A DNA stretch of 63,981 nt, the filler included. It is 10 parts of 10 records of this genome, joined end to end, with 100 filler letters (N's around TTAATTAATTAA, not from the genome) between each part and the next. Parts side by side here need not be neighbours in the genome. Positions count along the whole stretch, not along the records: positions 47,738 to 54,202 come from SRR7504441_571; positions 54,303 to 59,563 come from SRR7504441_573; positions 59,664 to 63,981 come from SRR7504441_596; 7 more parts are not named here. The stretch is one strand, 5' to 3'. Position numbers and translations under genes: made by a program. The notes under the pieces are model-generated. The model did no database searches. It saw nothing but the letters and a program-made list of their open reading frames with translations, and had not been told where the DNA came from. This document shows positions 51,956 to 63,900 of the stretch, one piece after another (within the stretch, counting starts at the first letter, position 1; each line of letters starts with the position of its first letter).

Positions 51956-53990
51956 ATGGCTCGGCTCTTCAACTGGCTTCTCCTCGCGCTTTCTCTCGCT
52001 CTCGGCGGGGCGGCGGTCACGGTCTCGGTGGACTGGAACCAGGTGGTCCGGCACACGTCCACTGCAGCCACGGTCGAGGTCGACGTGATGCCTTTCCTCG
52101 GAAGAACCCCCTTCGGCGGCCCGTTCAATGCCTACTACGAGGCCATGGCCAACCTGGGCGCCGAGTACGTCCGTTACGCGCCTTGGTTCCCCAATCCAAG
52201 AGTCGTAGTCCCCGAGCTCACCCCGCACAAGTGTTCGGCCAGCCAGCCGGCCGCCAACTGGAACTCGACCCTCTTCGACCAAATCATCTCCGACTTCATG
52301 GAGGCTGTTTGCGGGCCCAACGCGGCGGCCGGCGAGTGCAAACTCTCGGTGGTCCAGCAACTGAGCACCATGCCCAGCTGGATGTACGACGGCGGCTACT
52401 GCCAGGATGCCGATCCGAGCTGCCTCCCACTGGCCGGGCAGGGCGCATGGAACACCACCAACCCTTTCAGCGCCTATTCGGCCGGCAAGTCGCTGGTCGA
52501 CTCGAGCTGTGGGCAGATGGCCCGGTACATGGGTCGGCTGGTCGGCTGGTACACCGCCGGCGGATTCAATGATGAGTGTGGGCACTGGCATGAGAGTGGG
52601 CTGCACTACAACTGGTGGGGGCTGAGCGTGCTGAACGAAGACGAGCATGGGATCCAGCCGGACGACGGGACCGCGTACACCCAGTGCTACGACGCCATCC
52701 AGGCCGAGGTCTCCAAGGTGAATCCGACGATCCAGCTGGTCGGGCCCGAGATTGCCGGCACAAACGGGCACTCTCTAGAGTACTTGCTCTACTTTCTAAA
52801 CGCCTCGCACCACCAGCCGGCAGTGCCCCCGGCAGTGGCAAGCTACCACTGGGGCAGCAACGCGGGCAGTGGGCCGGACGGGCGCGGCTCTGGCGGCGAG
52901 ACGTTCCTGGAGGCGTGGGAGAAGACTGTGACCGATCCGAATTCGAGCCCGCTGGCAGCCGAGGCGTTCAAGCAAGCGACTGGGCAGCAGACCGAGATGG
53001 TGCTCAATGAGTTCATTCCCTTCGTGTCCGACTGGTGCGACCCGAGCGCAGTCGACGCCAACGGAGGATGCCCAAACTGGCAGGACCCAGCGACTGCCGG
53101 GGGTGATCCTAACCTTCAGCACGCCAAGGGAGTCGGAATCAATAGGGGTACATGGTCGTGGAATGCGGCCGCGGCGGTATTTGCGTACGGCTACGGGACG
53201 CTCGCCGAGCTTGGATACAAGTACGTTGGACAAGATCAGCTGATTGGTGGGACTTGGTGAGCCTGCCCCGCTGTCGTGTGCTGAGATGGGCGGCAGGCCT
53301 GACAATGAGCCTGCTGTATCGTGCATGGACTGGCAGACCGGGCAGGTGAATGCCAAGTACTGGGTGACTAATCTGCTCGCCACCACTGTGGGCACCAAGG
53401 AGCTCAAGGCAATCATGGCCTCTAATGTGTCTGGCTCCGTGAGGCCACCGGCCCCTCCAGCAGGCACCACAGGGCACGGCACTTGCGGAGACACCGACTA
53501 CGGCAGCGATTGCAAACACGCCCAATCCGGAGCGTACAATACCTCGAGCGAGGGCATCCACAGCCTGGCCGATTGTGTGGCCAAGATGCAAGGCTGCACC
53601 AATGGGAATTATGTAAGCTTCTCGGCTCAGAACCAGGACTGCTCTTGGTACTCCCACTGCGACATGAGCTCGCTTATGACTGTTGGTGCCGGCTACACTA
53701 CGCAGGCGGTCACTGGCAAGGACAGCGGCGGCCAAGACTCGGCCCCCGTATACGCCCTGGCCTACGTCAAAGCTGGCAAGCGTGGCTTGCTGCTGGTCAA
53801 CAAGAAAGCCCAGGGCATCACAGTCACGATCGCTGGGGCCACCGGCGGGCTTGCTTCAATCGTCGAGGTGGCCACTTCGGGTCCGAATGCAGAGGAGCCG
53901 GCGTTTGCCCCGCAGCTGGTCAGGCCGGTCTCAAGCTCGGGCCAACTGGATCTCGGGCCGTTTGCCGTGGCCGTGGTCACCAAGCTGTAG
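51956..53990 (+). CDS. Secreted glycoside hydrolase, clan GH-A (GH39-like), with a Cys-rich PAN/apple-like insert
   Basis: Signal peptide; VLNEDEH (acid/base candidate), LVGP, SYH, VLNEF (nucleophile candidate); one intron near 53257-53296; C-terminal beta domain LLLVNK..LGPFAVAV. Confidence 0.7.
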
Positions 53991-54302
53991 GCAGATCCGG
54001 AGCAGATCAATGTCACAGGTTGAGATCTAGAGCAACTGATAGGGCTATAGTGCTCATGAGTAAACTTACTTCATCTTAATTAATTGACAAGTTTCATCTT
54101 TGTTCACGCTGTATTTATGTCATAAGCTCCACTAAACCTCCACGTCTGCAACAAGTCTCAGTGGGCTTGCACGTGTGATTCGTAGTCCGTAGAGTTTCTT
54201 TANNNNNNNNNNNNNNNNNNNNNNNNNNNNNNNNNNNNNNNNNNNNTTAATTAATTAANNNNNNNNNNNNNNNNNNNNNNNNNNNNNNNNNNNNNNNNNN
54301 NN

Positions 54303-55560
54303 CCCCCCCCCGTTGCCTCATTGAAGATCCAGCTGATCCTCGCGCCGCCGCTGATCAGGTTGGCTCCTTGGCTGATCGGGCCGCGGCCCTCCACCGTGGC
54401 CTGGAATACATTGCAAAATTGGTTGAGCACCTGCAGCAGCTCAGCCCGCGGCCCGAGCGGCATCACCTGCAGCAGCACCCGGCCCTTCTGGGCACTCGCG
54501 AGCACTGCGCCGCCCATCGCCTCGAGCTCCTTGCTCACCCGCTCGCCCTGGCTCACCACCCGCTGCTTGAGGTCCGGGAGCACCTGCCTTCAGTCAGCAC
54601 CGCCTGCCCCGTTGCACTGACCGCTGCGATGTGCCGGAGCAGCTCTCTGTTCAGGAAGCGCCCGAGCTGGGGGGTGCCCACGTTCTTGAGCTGGGAGTAG
54701 ACCGGGTGGTCCGCGATGAACTTGGCTTCGTCCTTCAGGTGCTTCTCCACGCTCTTGCCGGCCTCAATGTCCTTCTGCGACCTGTTGATAACCCCCACGT
54801 ACCCCAGCCTGCCCCGGCTCGCCCCCGCCCGCCCAGCCTGCGCACCGGGTGGGTACAGTCCTGTTCTGGAGGATCTCGCCGGCGTGGGTCCCGGCGTCCA
54901 TCAAGTCGAGCTTGGTCACCACACCGATCGTGCGGTTGCCCTCCGGGTCGACCTCCCGAGCCAGCTTGATCGCGTCCGAGTTGGCCAAGTCGGTGTTGGC
55001 GGCGGTGAGCGCCAGGATCATGGCGGAGGGGCGCGAGATGTAGGTCATGATCATGGTCCGGATCTGCTGCTCGATGTCGGCCGGCTGGTCGCCCACGGGC
55101 ACTTTGGTGATCCCGGGCAGATCGACCATCGCCAGGTTGAGCACCTTGGGCGACCATATCTTGAGCAGGATCGGGTGCATCGATATGCCCTTGGACTTGC
55201 CGCACACCCGCTCGGTCTCCCGCTCGATCTCGCGCAGCACCTGTCCCGGGCTCGCCCCGCCCCCCGGGCCGGGCTCGCCTCTTTGAAGTCGTGGAACTGC
55301 CGGTTGGGCAGGTGCCCGAACTCGGCCCGGCTCTCGGTGGAGGTGAACAGGTGGAGCACCAGCGGCCGGCGGGTCACGATGTTGGACCCGCGCGGCAGGA
55401 AGTCGTGCCCGACCAGGTTCTCGAGCACGGAGGACTTGCCGGCCGACTGGGAGCCGACCACCACGATCTGTGGCAGGTCGACCGCTTGACCGAGGTGCAG
55501 CTTGCCCACGATCCCGAGCACCTCCTGCAGCTTGGCCACCAACGGCACCAGCCTCTCCAT
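54303..55560 (-). CDS. Dynamin-related GTPase (Drp1/Vps1 class), 3' partial
   Basis: [66 protein letters not shown] intron 55241-55278. Confidence 0.95.
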
Positions 55561-56034
55561 CCTAGACGATCAACTCCGACTACTGGCGCACCCCCGGAGG
55601 CGCCTTTGGGTGTTGTTGTTGTCGTTGATGCGATCAGAAGGGCTCCTTTTGAGCTCAGCAGCCGGTGTTGTCGAAACAAAGGTGGCATCCAATTACAGCA
55701 GTGAAGGCATTGGTCGTACAGTACAGCAGTGAAGGCATTGTCCGACCAAACCCAGCTCTTCATGTCCTCGGTTAGGGCGTCGAGCTCAGGATCTTCATCT
55801 GCATTATTCTTGGCTAAGGTTGCCTTCCAGTTCTTGTCCAGCTCCCGCAACTCTTGCTCCAGCTTTTGCAACTCAGTTAGTTCCTGTTGCAACTCTGGTT
55901 GCACAGCTGGCTCGGCCTGTTGCCGTGCCAGCTTGTTGCAGCTCGCGATCGGTGGCCCCCATCCGACGGCCGTTGTGACGTGCGTCCTGATGCGTCCTGA
56001 TGGAGGCGAGGTGCTGTTTGGGCTGAGGAGGACG

Positions 56035-59000
56035 ATGTCGGGCGCCCTGGTGCCCACCGGGGCCGGGGAGCGGTGGCTGGAGCCGTCTGCCGAGGAGGAT
56101 CGGTCACTGCTCTCCACGCTGGTCCTCCGGCTCACCGTGCAGGCCGCCGACGAGCGGGCCGGCCGGCAGCAGCACGCGCTCCAGACCCAGCGAGCCGAGC
56201 TGGCCGCACTCCGGGCCCAGCGGCTGCGGGCCGAGCACGAGCTCACCGCGGCCTCGGAGCGCGAGGACCAGCTCCAACAACAGCTGATCCAGCTCCGCGC
56301 CGCCCCCGCGCCGGCGCCCATCTCCGCGCCGGCGCCCGATCCGGCACCCGATCCGACCCCGGCGCCCGACGGGCCGGCGGCGGGGGCGGTGGAGCGGCTG
56401 GAGGCGCAGCTGGCAGCGTGTGAGGCGGCGGCGGCGGCGGAGCTGCTCGAGCAGAGCCGGGCGGCCACGCGGGCCGAGCAGCTGCTGCACCGGCAGTTGG
56501 CCCAGCTGGAGGCCGAGCTGCGGGAGGCCGGGGGGCGGCAGCCGGGGCGGGTGCGCGAGCTGGAGGCGCAGCTGGTGCAGGCCGAGACCCAGGCGAGTGC
56601 AGTGCAGGCGATGCACAAGGAGGCCATGCTCACGATAGCGGAGGAGCGCGCGCTAATTGAGCTCCACAGGGAGGAGGCCGGCGGGCTCGAGCGGCGGGTG
56701 CGCCAGCTGGAGGCCGAGCTAGAGGCCAGTCGGAGCGAGCCGTCCGAGCTGCGCGAGCAGCTGGCCGAGGCCGAGGATCGAGCCGAGCGGCGCAAGCTTA
56801 AGCGGCAGGCGAGCTCAGCCACTCATCAGGCAGCGGAGGCCAAAGCCGACCTGCGGGCAGCCAGCAGCGAGCTCGAGTGGCAGCGGCGGCTGGCGGACCT
56901 GGAGCACCAGCTGGCCGCCTCGCGGCAGGTTGCTCTGGGCGAGCAGCGGCACGCAGCCGAGCTGGAGGCAAGGCTGGCCGAGGCAGGCAGGCTGGAGCAG
57001 GGGGAGCTAGTCGATGCCGACACGGTCGCAGCGCTGGAGCGGCTGCTGGCCGAGAAGGAGGCCCGGCTGGTGATGGCGGGCGAGGTGGCCACAGATCGGG
57101 CGGCGGCGCTTGATGCGCAGCGCGAGGTCAACAAGGAGCTCGAGGGCCGACTGAGTGAGCTGGAGGCCCAGATGGTGTGCGGGCAGGCCGAGGCGGCCCG
57201 GGCCAAGCAGCTGCATGAGCAGCAGCTGGCTGAGCACGAGCTGGAGCGGGTGCAGTCTGAGCATCGTGCGGCCGACCAGGCCAGCCAGCAGCGGCAGGAG
57301 GGCGCCGAGCTGCTAGAGCAACTCCGCAGCCGGATACGCGAGCTGGAGGCCGAGGCGGAGGTCCACGAACGGCAGACCACGGCAGCCTCGCTGCAGGCGG
57401 AGGGCGCAGTGAGGGCAAGGGTGGAGTTCAGCGCCAAGGCGCAGGAGCTGGAGGAGGAACTGGAAGCCGCCCGGATGAGGACGAGCGAGGAGCAGGCCAA
57501 GGCCGAGCGGGAGGCCGAGGCGGCGATAGCGGAGATACAGCAGCGGAGCCAGAGCGAGCTTGAGAGTGAAGCCGAGGCCAACCAGCAGGCCCAGCTGACG
57601 CTGAAGAGGCAGATCACCAATCTGGAGAGCACACTGCAGGTAGCCAGCTGCTGCTCGGGCGAGGCGGAGCAACAGCTAGTGGCGCGGGTCACTCAGCTGG
57701 AGGAGCAGCTGGCAGCAGCGCACCTGGAGCAGGTGCAACTGCAGCAGACCCAGGCCGAGCTGACAGAGCAGGCTGAGAAGGCACAGGCCGAGCTAGCCGC
57801 CTGCCGGGCAGAGGCTGGTGAGAGCGAGCGGCGACTAGGCGAGGAGGTGGAAGGCAGGAAGAAAGAGGTGGATCGACTCAAGGCCGACGGGCTGGAGGCT
57901 AGGATCGAGGCGCTCAAGGACCCAGAGCTGCTCTACTCGCTGCGAGTGCTCGTGTTTAAGATCTGCTTTGACGTGGACCTCGGGGTGCAGCCCGGCAAGA
58001 GGAGTCTTGGGTTCGCAGCGATGGCCAAGCTGCTCGAGAGCAGCCAGGGGATGGAGCCCACCGGCCTGCTGCACGCCCAGACCGTCAACGCGCTGGTCCA
58101 GGAGCTCTGCTTTATGGTGAGCGCCGGCCGGGGCCGACTGACTGGTGGCAGTTCATGAAGGCGCAGGCCAAGAGCCGGTGGGTACAGGAGACCCAGCACC
58201 ACGACGTCGAGAGCCTGAACGAGCAGCTGCAGGCCGAGGCTGTCCGGCGCGAGCAGCTGCTGCGAGACCTGGACCAACTCAAGCAGAAGCTGGACTGGGT
58301 GAGCTCAAACGCCCAGGCAAAGCAGCGGGCTTACGAAGTGATCAAGCGTAACATGCGCCCGTGGGTTCTAAAGATCAGGATGCGCAAGATACAGCGGAGC
58401 GGCCGGCTGGGACAGTTCAAAGCGATGCTCAAGTCGCGAGCCGACCGACTCGAGCAGGTGCTCCGGCTGGTGACCAGCTACAGCACCAGCCTGCGGGTGC
58501 TGGACGAGATCTATCTCGAGCTGCTCCAGCCGATGGTGGCCGACAAGGCTTTCTCTCAGACCGACCCGCAGGCATTGTGCTCGCCCGCGCGGCTCAGCCC
58601 GGGGCAGGGTCTCAACTATAACATATTCCTGGGCTTCCGCTCGGCGGTCAGCCAGCTCTCCGGGCTGTACGCGAGCATCGCAGAGGAGGTGGGCTGGTGT
58701 TGGGGGTGGGGCTCAGCATCTGGCAGTGCATCAAAGGCCGGGCCCCGACCTCCGCCAACCCCGACCTGATCATAGTCGAGCAAGTCAGGCGGATATGGCT
58801 CTCGCGGTGAGCCGCTCTAGCTGCCCGGAGTCTGAGCGGCTGGCAGCGGAGTGGTGGCCAAGCTGCTCAACCGACAGCAGTTGGTGATGGCTACGATCAG
58901 GGAATACTCGGTCGAGGACTCGGACTTTGGGTTCGCGTTCGAGATTGCTGCGCAGCGGGCGGCCGAGGAGGGGGTCACGATGGGTTTCGATTACCTGGCC

Positions 59001-59563
59001 GGGTTCCTCTCGCTCTGGGTGGTCTGCACGCTCGAGAGCAATCTGATAGAGCTGGCCAAGTTTTCTAGCGAGGTGGACCCGATGCTGCCCGAGATCCGGC
59101 GGGCGCATGGGCTGGTGACCAAGCTAAAGTTCTGGGCGGACGCACAGTGCGGCCAGTTTGGTCGGCTGGCCAAGTTCCAGAACGGGCTGGTGCTCCAGGA
59201 GCACTCCTTTGTAAGCGAGGACCGCTCGATCATCAAGCAGGCCGAGGTGCTCCGGCGCAAGCACGACGGCAGCTGGGCGGCCCGGCAGCTCGTGCTGCTC
59301 ACCGACTGCCTTGTGCTCTGCACCATCCGGCCCAACCACACGGTGCGCCGCCCGCCCGGGCGAGCTGAGCTCGGGCAGCCGGCGATGCTCGCGCTGATGG
59401 AGGCCTTCACTAGGCAGGCCGGCAGCCCACCAAAGTCGTGGCGGAACACAGACCCGGACGAGCCGCCCCCGATGCCCGAGATGAGCATCAAGCTCGAGAG
59501 GCTGGACAAAGTACTCGCTGGCTGGTGGAAGAACTTTAAACGGACAAGCAGACACGCCACAGT
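56035..59563 (+). CDS. Long coiled-coil protein with a divergent DH-PH (RhoGEF-like) C-terminus; 3' partial
   Basis: About 700 aa of heptads; LVTSYSTSLRVLDEIYL (DH-like start); RSIIKQAEV..RQLVLLTDCLVLC (PH-like); start codon uncertain. Confidence 0.55.
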
Positions 59564-59996
59564 NNNNNNNNNNNNNNNNNNNNNNNNNNNNNNNNNNNNN
59601 NNNNNNNTTAATTAATTAANNNNNNNNNNNNNNNNNNNNNNNNNNNNNNNNNNNNNNNNNNNNACGAGAGGCAATTCAACATCTGGCACCACTCGGTACG
59701 TCTCGAGGAGCGCGGCGCTGCTCGAGACGATACTCAGGTGTGCCGGGCCGAGGTTGGTGCGGGACCCGTGCGGGTCAGGTGTACACCTTCGGGTTTGGCA
59801 TAGAGCCATCGGTATCCGCGCAAGGACGACGGGAGCCAACGAGTGGAACGACACGAACCAGCGAACCAGACGATTGTCTGTGTTGCCGATGGAGCCGCGA
59901 CAACAACAATCCCGTTGAGATTAGGCCGGGGCCAAGCTCACAATGGAGTTGGGGGCAAGATCAGTATTGGGACTGGTGCTCGGGCTGTGGTGCGCG

Positions 59997-60753
59997 ATGG
60001 CCGACGGGAGCGCCGAGCTAACAACAAGCTCGCGCGTGGCCCGGCTGGATCCGCTCCAGCCCATCCCGGGCTCGCGCCTGGGCCGGTCCGAGCTAGAGGA
60101 GCAGATCGGGCGGGTGCGGGGCCAGCAGAACAAGCTGAACCGGTTGAATCGGGAGCTACGGACCGAGCTCGACCTCTCCGGGCGGCACGTCGACAATCAG
60201 CGCAGCATGAAGCGCCTGGTACGCAGGGCACGCCGCAAGGCATGAGCATCGGGCTTGCTTACTAGCTGAGCCGGGGGGGCAGCTCGATCGGACCCGGGGG
60301 CAGCTGGCAGGGCTGCGCGAGGCGCTGGAGCAAGCGTACAAGGGCCAGGACCCCGTCGGAGTCCGGAGCAAACTGGACGGCGCAAGGGCCGAGAAGCGGG
60401 CGGCCTACCAAGTCTTCGCGACCAAGCTGAGGGACTCCGCGGCCAAGGACGTTGCGCGTGAGAACCGGGCGCGGCGCTTGCGGCACAAGGCACTGGAGTG
60501 CGTGGATCACCGCTGCGTGCTCCGGGTGCAGCTCAAGGCCGCACGGGCCAAGCTGGCTGGGTTGCGGAGGAAGAACAGGGAGCTGGTGGAGGCTCTGGGG
60601 ATTGCGACCGGGATCGGGCAGGACGATATGAGCAAGACGATGCTTCATCTGAAGGAGAATCAACGCAAGGTGAGCGCGGAGAAGCAGCTGCTTCAGACTG
60701 AGCTGAAGGACCAAGTGAAGCAGAATTTGAGGTTCAGAAGAGACGTGCCGTGA
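59997..60753 (+). CDS. Hypothetical coiled-coil protein
   Basis: ORFs 59943-60245 and 60478-60753 with an intron-like gap. Confidence 0.5.
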
Positions 60754-60948
60754 TTGTAAACTTAGACTACTGCGTACATGTACGCGTTTGATCAATAAAA
60801 TAATAAGTACAACTCGAACATTTCATGACCGTATGGCATACATGCGTTTTACGAGCGAGCTCGTTTAAAACTCATTTTAATGAAACCGCTACCGATTACC
60901 CATGTAGGATTAGGTACCCATGCGCGATCGGACTATACAACCATCGGC

Positions 60949-63900
60949 TTACTTTTTTTTGCCGGGCTTCTTGGCACTACGGACGTACATTCCGAGTTCG
61001 CCACATGCTTTGAGCTCCTCCGGAGTCATTGTCTTCTCATACGCTGCTCGCTTCTCCGAATGCTCCTGCACCAGACCAACTGAGTCCAAGGATCAACCAG
61101 CAACACACCCGGAGCGCGGCCTTCTGCTCGTCTGTCGGCTTGGGCGCGGGCTTACCAGGTTCCGATCGCTGCGGGGCTGCCGGAGCCTACAACCGTGCAC
61201 GTAAGCTCACTCATGATACAAGGGCTGGCACCTCCTTCTGAAGCGCAGCGAGCGCTGCCGTGATCTCGGCCATCCTGGCTTCATCTATTATTACGGCTTC
61301 TGACGTGTTTTGGGCCTCGCTCTCAGCTTCAGGCTCGTCAGTAACCTCCACTGTCACAGCGAGGCCGAGCTCAACCAGCTGGGGCTGAGCCAGCATGCTC
61401 GGCGTCTTAATCATGGCATCTCCGCCACCCCTCGTCTTCGGGAAAGCAATATAGTCGCGGATTGATGCGCCAGTTGCCACATCAAGCTGCTGTGGGATTC
61501 CGGCAATCATCTTGCCCTTGGAGTCGGTCTGCGGAGCGCCAAGGATGGTGCACAGCCGGTCGAGCCCGAATGCGAGCCCACCTGACTCGGCTCAACACGT
61601 GGCTGGCGCTGGCGGAGTCACCGTGAGGCGGCGCCCCATTCTCAAAGGCATCCATGATGAAGCCAAACTGCTTGGTGTACTCTTCCGGTGTCATACCGAG
61701 CAGTTCAAACATCCGGCGCTGGTGTGTCGAGTTGGTGATCCGAATAGACCCTCCGCCCACCTAGCCCGGTCTCAGATCACCAGGCAGACAGCCGAGCACC
61801 TCCTGGCCGTTGATCACCATGTCGTACGCATTTGCACGGATGGCTTCAAGCTGCGCTGGGTCGTCCGATGGCTGGCATGTCATAAAGCCCTCGAGAGATT
61901 CGGCCTTGCACGAAGTGAACGGGTGGTGCATGGCCACACAGCGCTCGGCGTCCTCGTCCCACTCGAGCAACGGAAAGTCCATCACCCACAGCGCTGAGAA
62001 CCCATTGGAGCGCAGACCAAGCTCGCTCCCAAAGTGGTGTCGGAGCTTGCCCATGCACATCTGAGTCTCCATGTGCTTGTTTGGTCCGGATAGCAGCACC
62101 ATCACCTGCCAGCACAAGGCTCGCCGCGCAACGGGCTGGCAGACCCACCGAGCCGTCATTGGCGCCCAGCTCGTCAGCCCAGCCGGCGAGTTGCTCTGGC
62201 GTGAAGTTCTTTTTCACCGGAGTCTCAAACTTGCCAGCAGCCTTGTCCACGACCTTGACCCAGACCAGCCCTGCGCCGATCTCCTTCTTCTTGGCTAGCA
62301 GGAAGAGCTCCTCGACGAACTCGACCTGTTGAAGCTTCTCTAGAGACTTCTTGGAGGCGAAACCCTTGTTCCATTCGGCCTCGTTCATCGTATCGGGGCA
62401 CGCAGCGCACAGACCGACCACGTGCTCTGCTGTATCCAGCATTGGGAACGGGTTAGCTGCTTTGCCCTGGACCAGCGCGGACATGTCCTTGAGCTTCATA
62501 TCGAACCTCAAGTCGGGCTTGTCGATCCCGTAGTCCCGGAGCGCCACGTCGAATGGAATCCGCTGGAACGGGCGGGGCAAATCGACTCCGGCCACCTTGA
62601 GGAACACGTTGTGCATCATAGTCTCAAACGTGTTGATCACGTCCTCCTGGGTCACAAACGACCTGCCACCACAGCTTAATCTGCAGCTGGATCCCGGCTT
62701 GACTCACATTTCACAGTCAACCTGAGTGAACTCGGGCTGCCGGTTCTGCGCAATCACAGTGCCCTCGTCGCGGAAGCACTTGACGATCTGGAAGTAGCGG
62801 TCCATCCCGCCCACCATGATCAGCTGCTTGAACGTCTGTGGCGACTGCGGCAGGGCGTAAAACTTGCCCTGTTGCTCACGGCACGGCACAACAAAGTCGC
62901 GCGCGCCCTCTGGCGTGCTCTTGATTAGATACGGAGTCTCCACCTGCGCCGGGTCGGCCCACCGCCACCGGCCGAGCCGTCACCTCGCAGAAATCAAGCC
63001 CGTTCAGGATCTCACGGACAGCGATCGTGGCGCGATTCCTAAGCAGAAGCGCCTCTCGCACTGGGTTGCGGCGGAGGTCGAGGTAACGATAAGCCAGCCG
63101 GGCATCATAGCCGGCGTCGGTCTTGTCCTCGATTTTGAATGGCGGTGTCTTGGACTCGTTCAGCACCTTGAGCTCTGTTGGGAGCACCTCAATCGCTCCG
63201 GTCGGGCGGTTCATGTTCTTGTTTGAGCGCATCTGCACCTTGCCCGTGACCTGGACCACCCACTCTCGCCCAAGCTGCTTGGCCTGCTCATACAGCTGCT
63301 TGCCCTGCTCGTCGTTGTTGCACACGCACTGGGTGATCCCAAACCGGTCCCGGATGTCAACGAAGCAAAAGTGCTTCTGGTCGCGAGCGGTCTGCACCCA
63401 GCCCGACAGCGTCACCGTCTGGCCGATGTGGCTCTCGCGCAGCTCGCCACATGTATGGCTCCGATACCCGGTGCTTAGGTCCACGGGACCCTTCGGTACG
63501 CCCGCCGGTCCGGTGGCCGCCGCGCCGCCCAGCCGCTGGGCGATCCACCCAGCTGGGTCTGCCGGCTGCTGCAGGGCCAGCTCCTTTGCCAGTCCGTCGA
63601 ACAGCTTCTCCACCTGGTGCTGCGCGAAGTAAGCCTGGCAGTCCACCACCGGCTGCTCGGGCGCCGCCGGCTGGGTCGCGTTCTTTTGCTGCTTCGGCGG
63701 CTTGGCGGCCGGCTTGGCGGCCGGTTTGCTGGCCTCCTTGGGCTTTTTCTCCTTGGCCGGGGGCTCCTTGGGCTTCTTCTCCTTCTTGCCCTTGGGCTTG
63801 GGCTTGAGCGGGTGGTCTGGCACAGCGCCGTGAGCCCTGGGGATCGGCGGGCGTGCACCGTCAGGCAGCTGGTCCTTGAGCGCGAGCAGCTTGCCCACCT

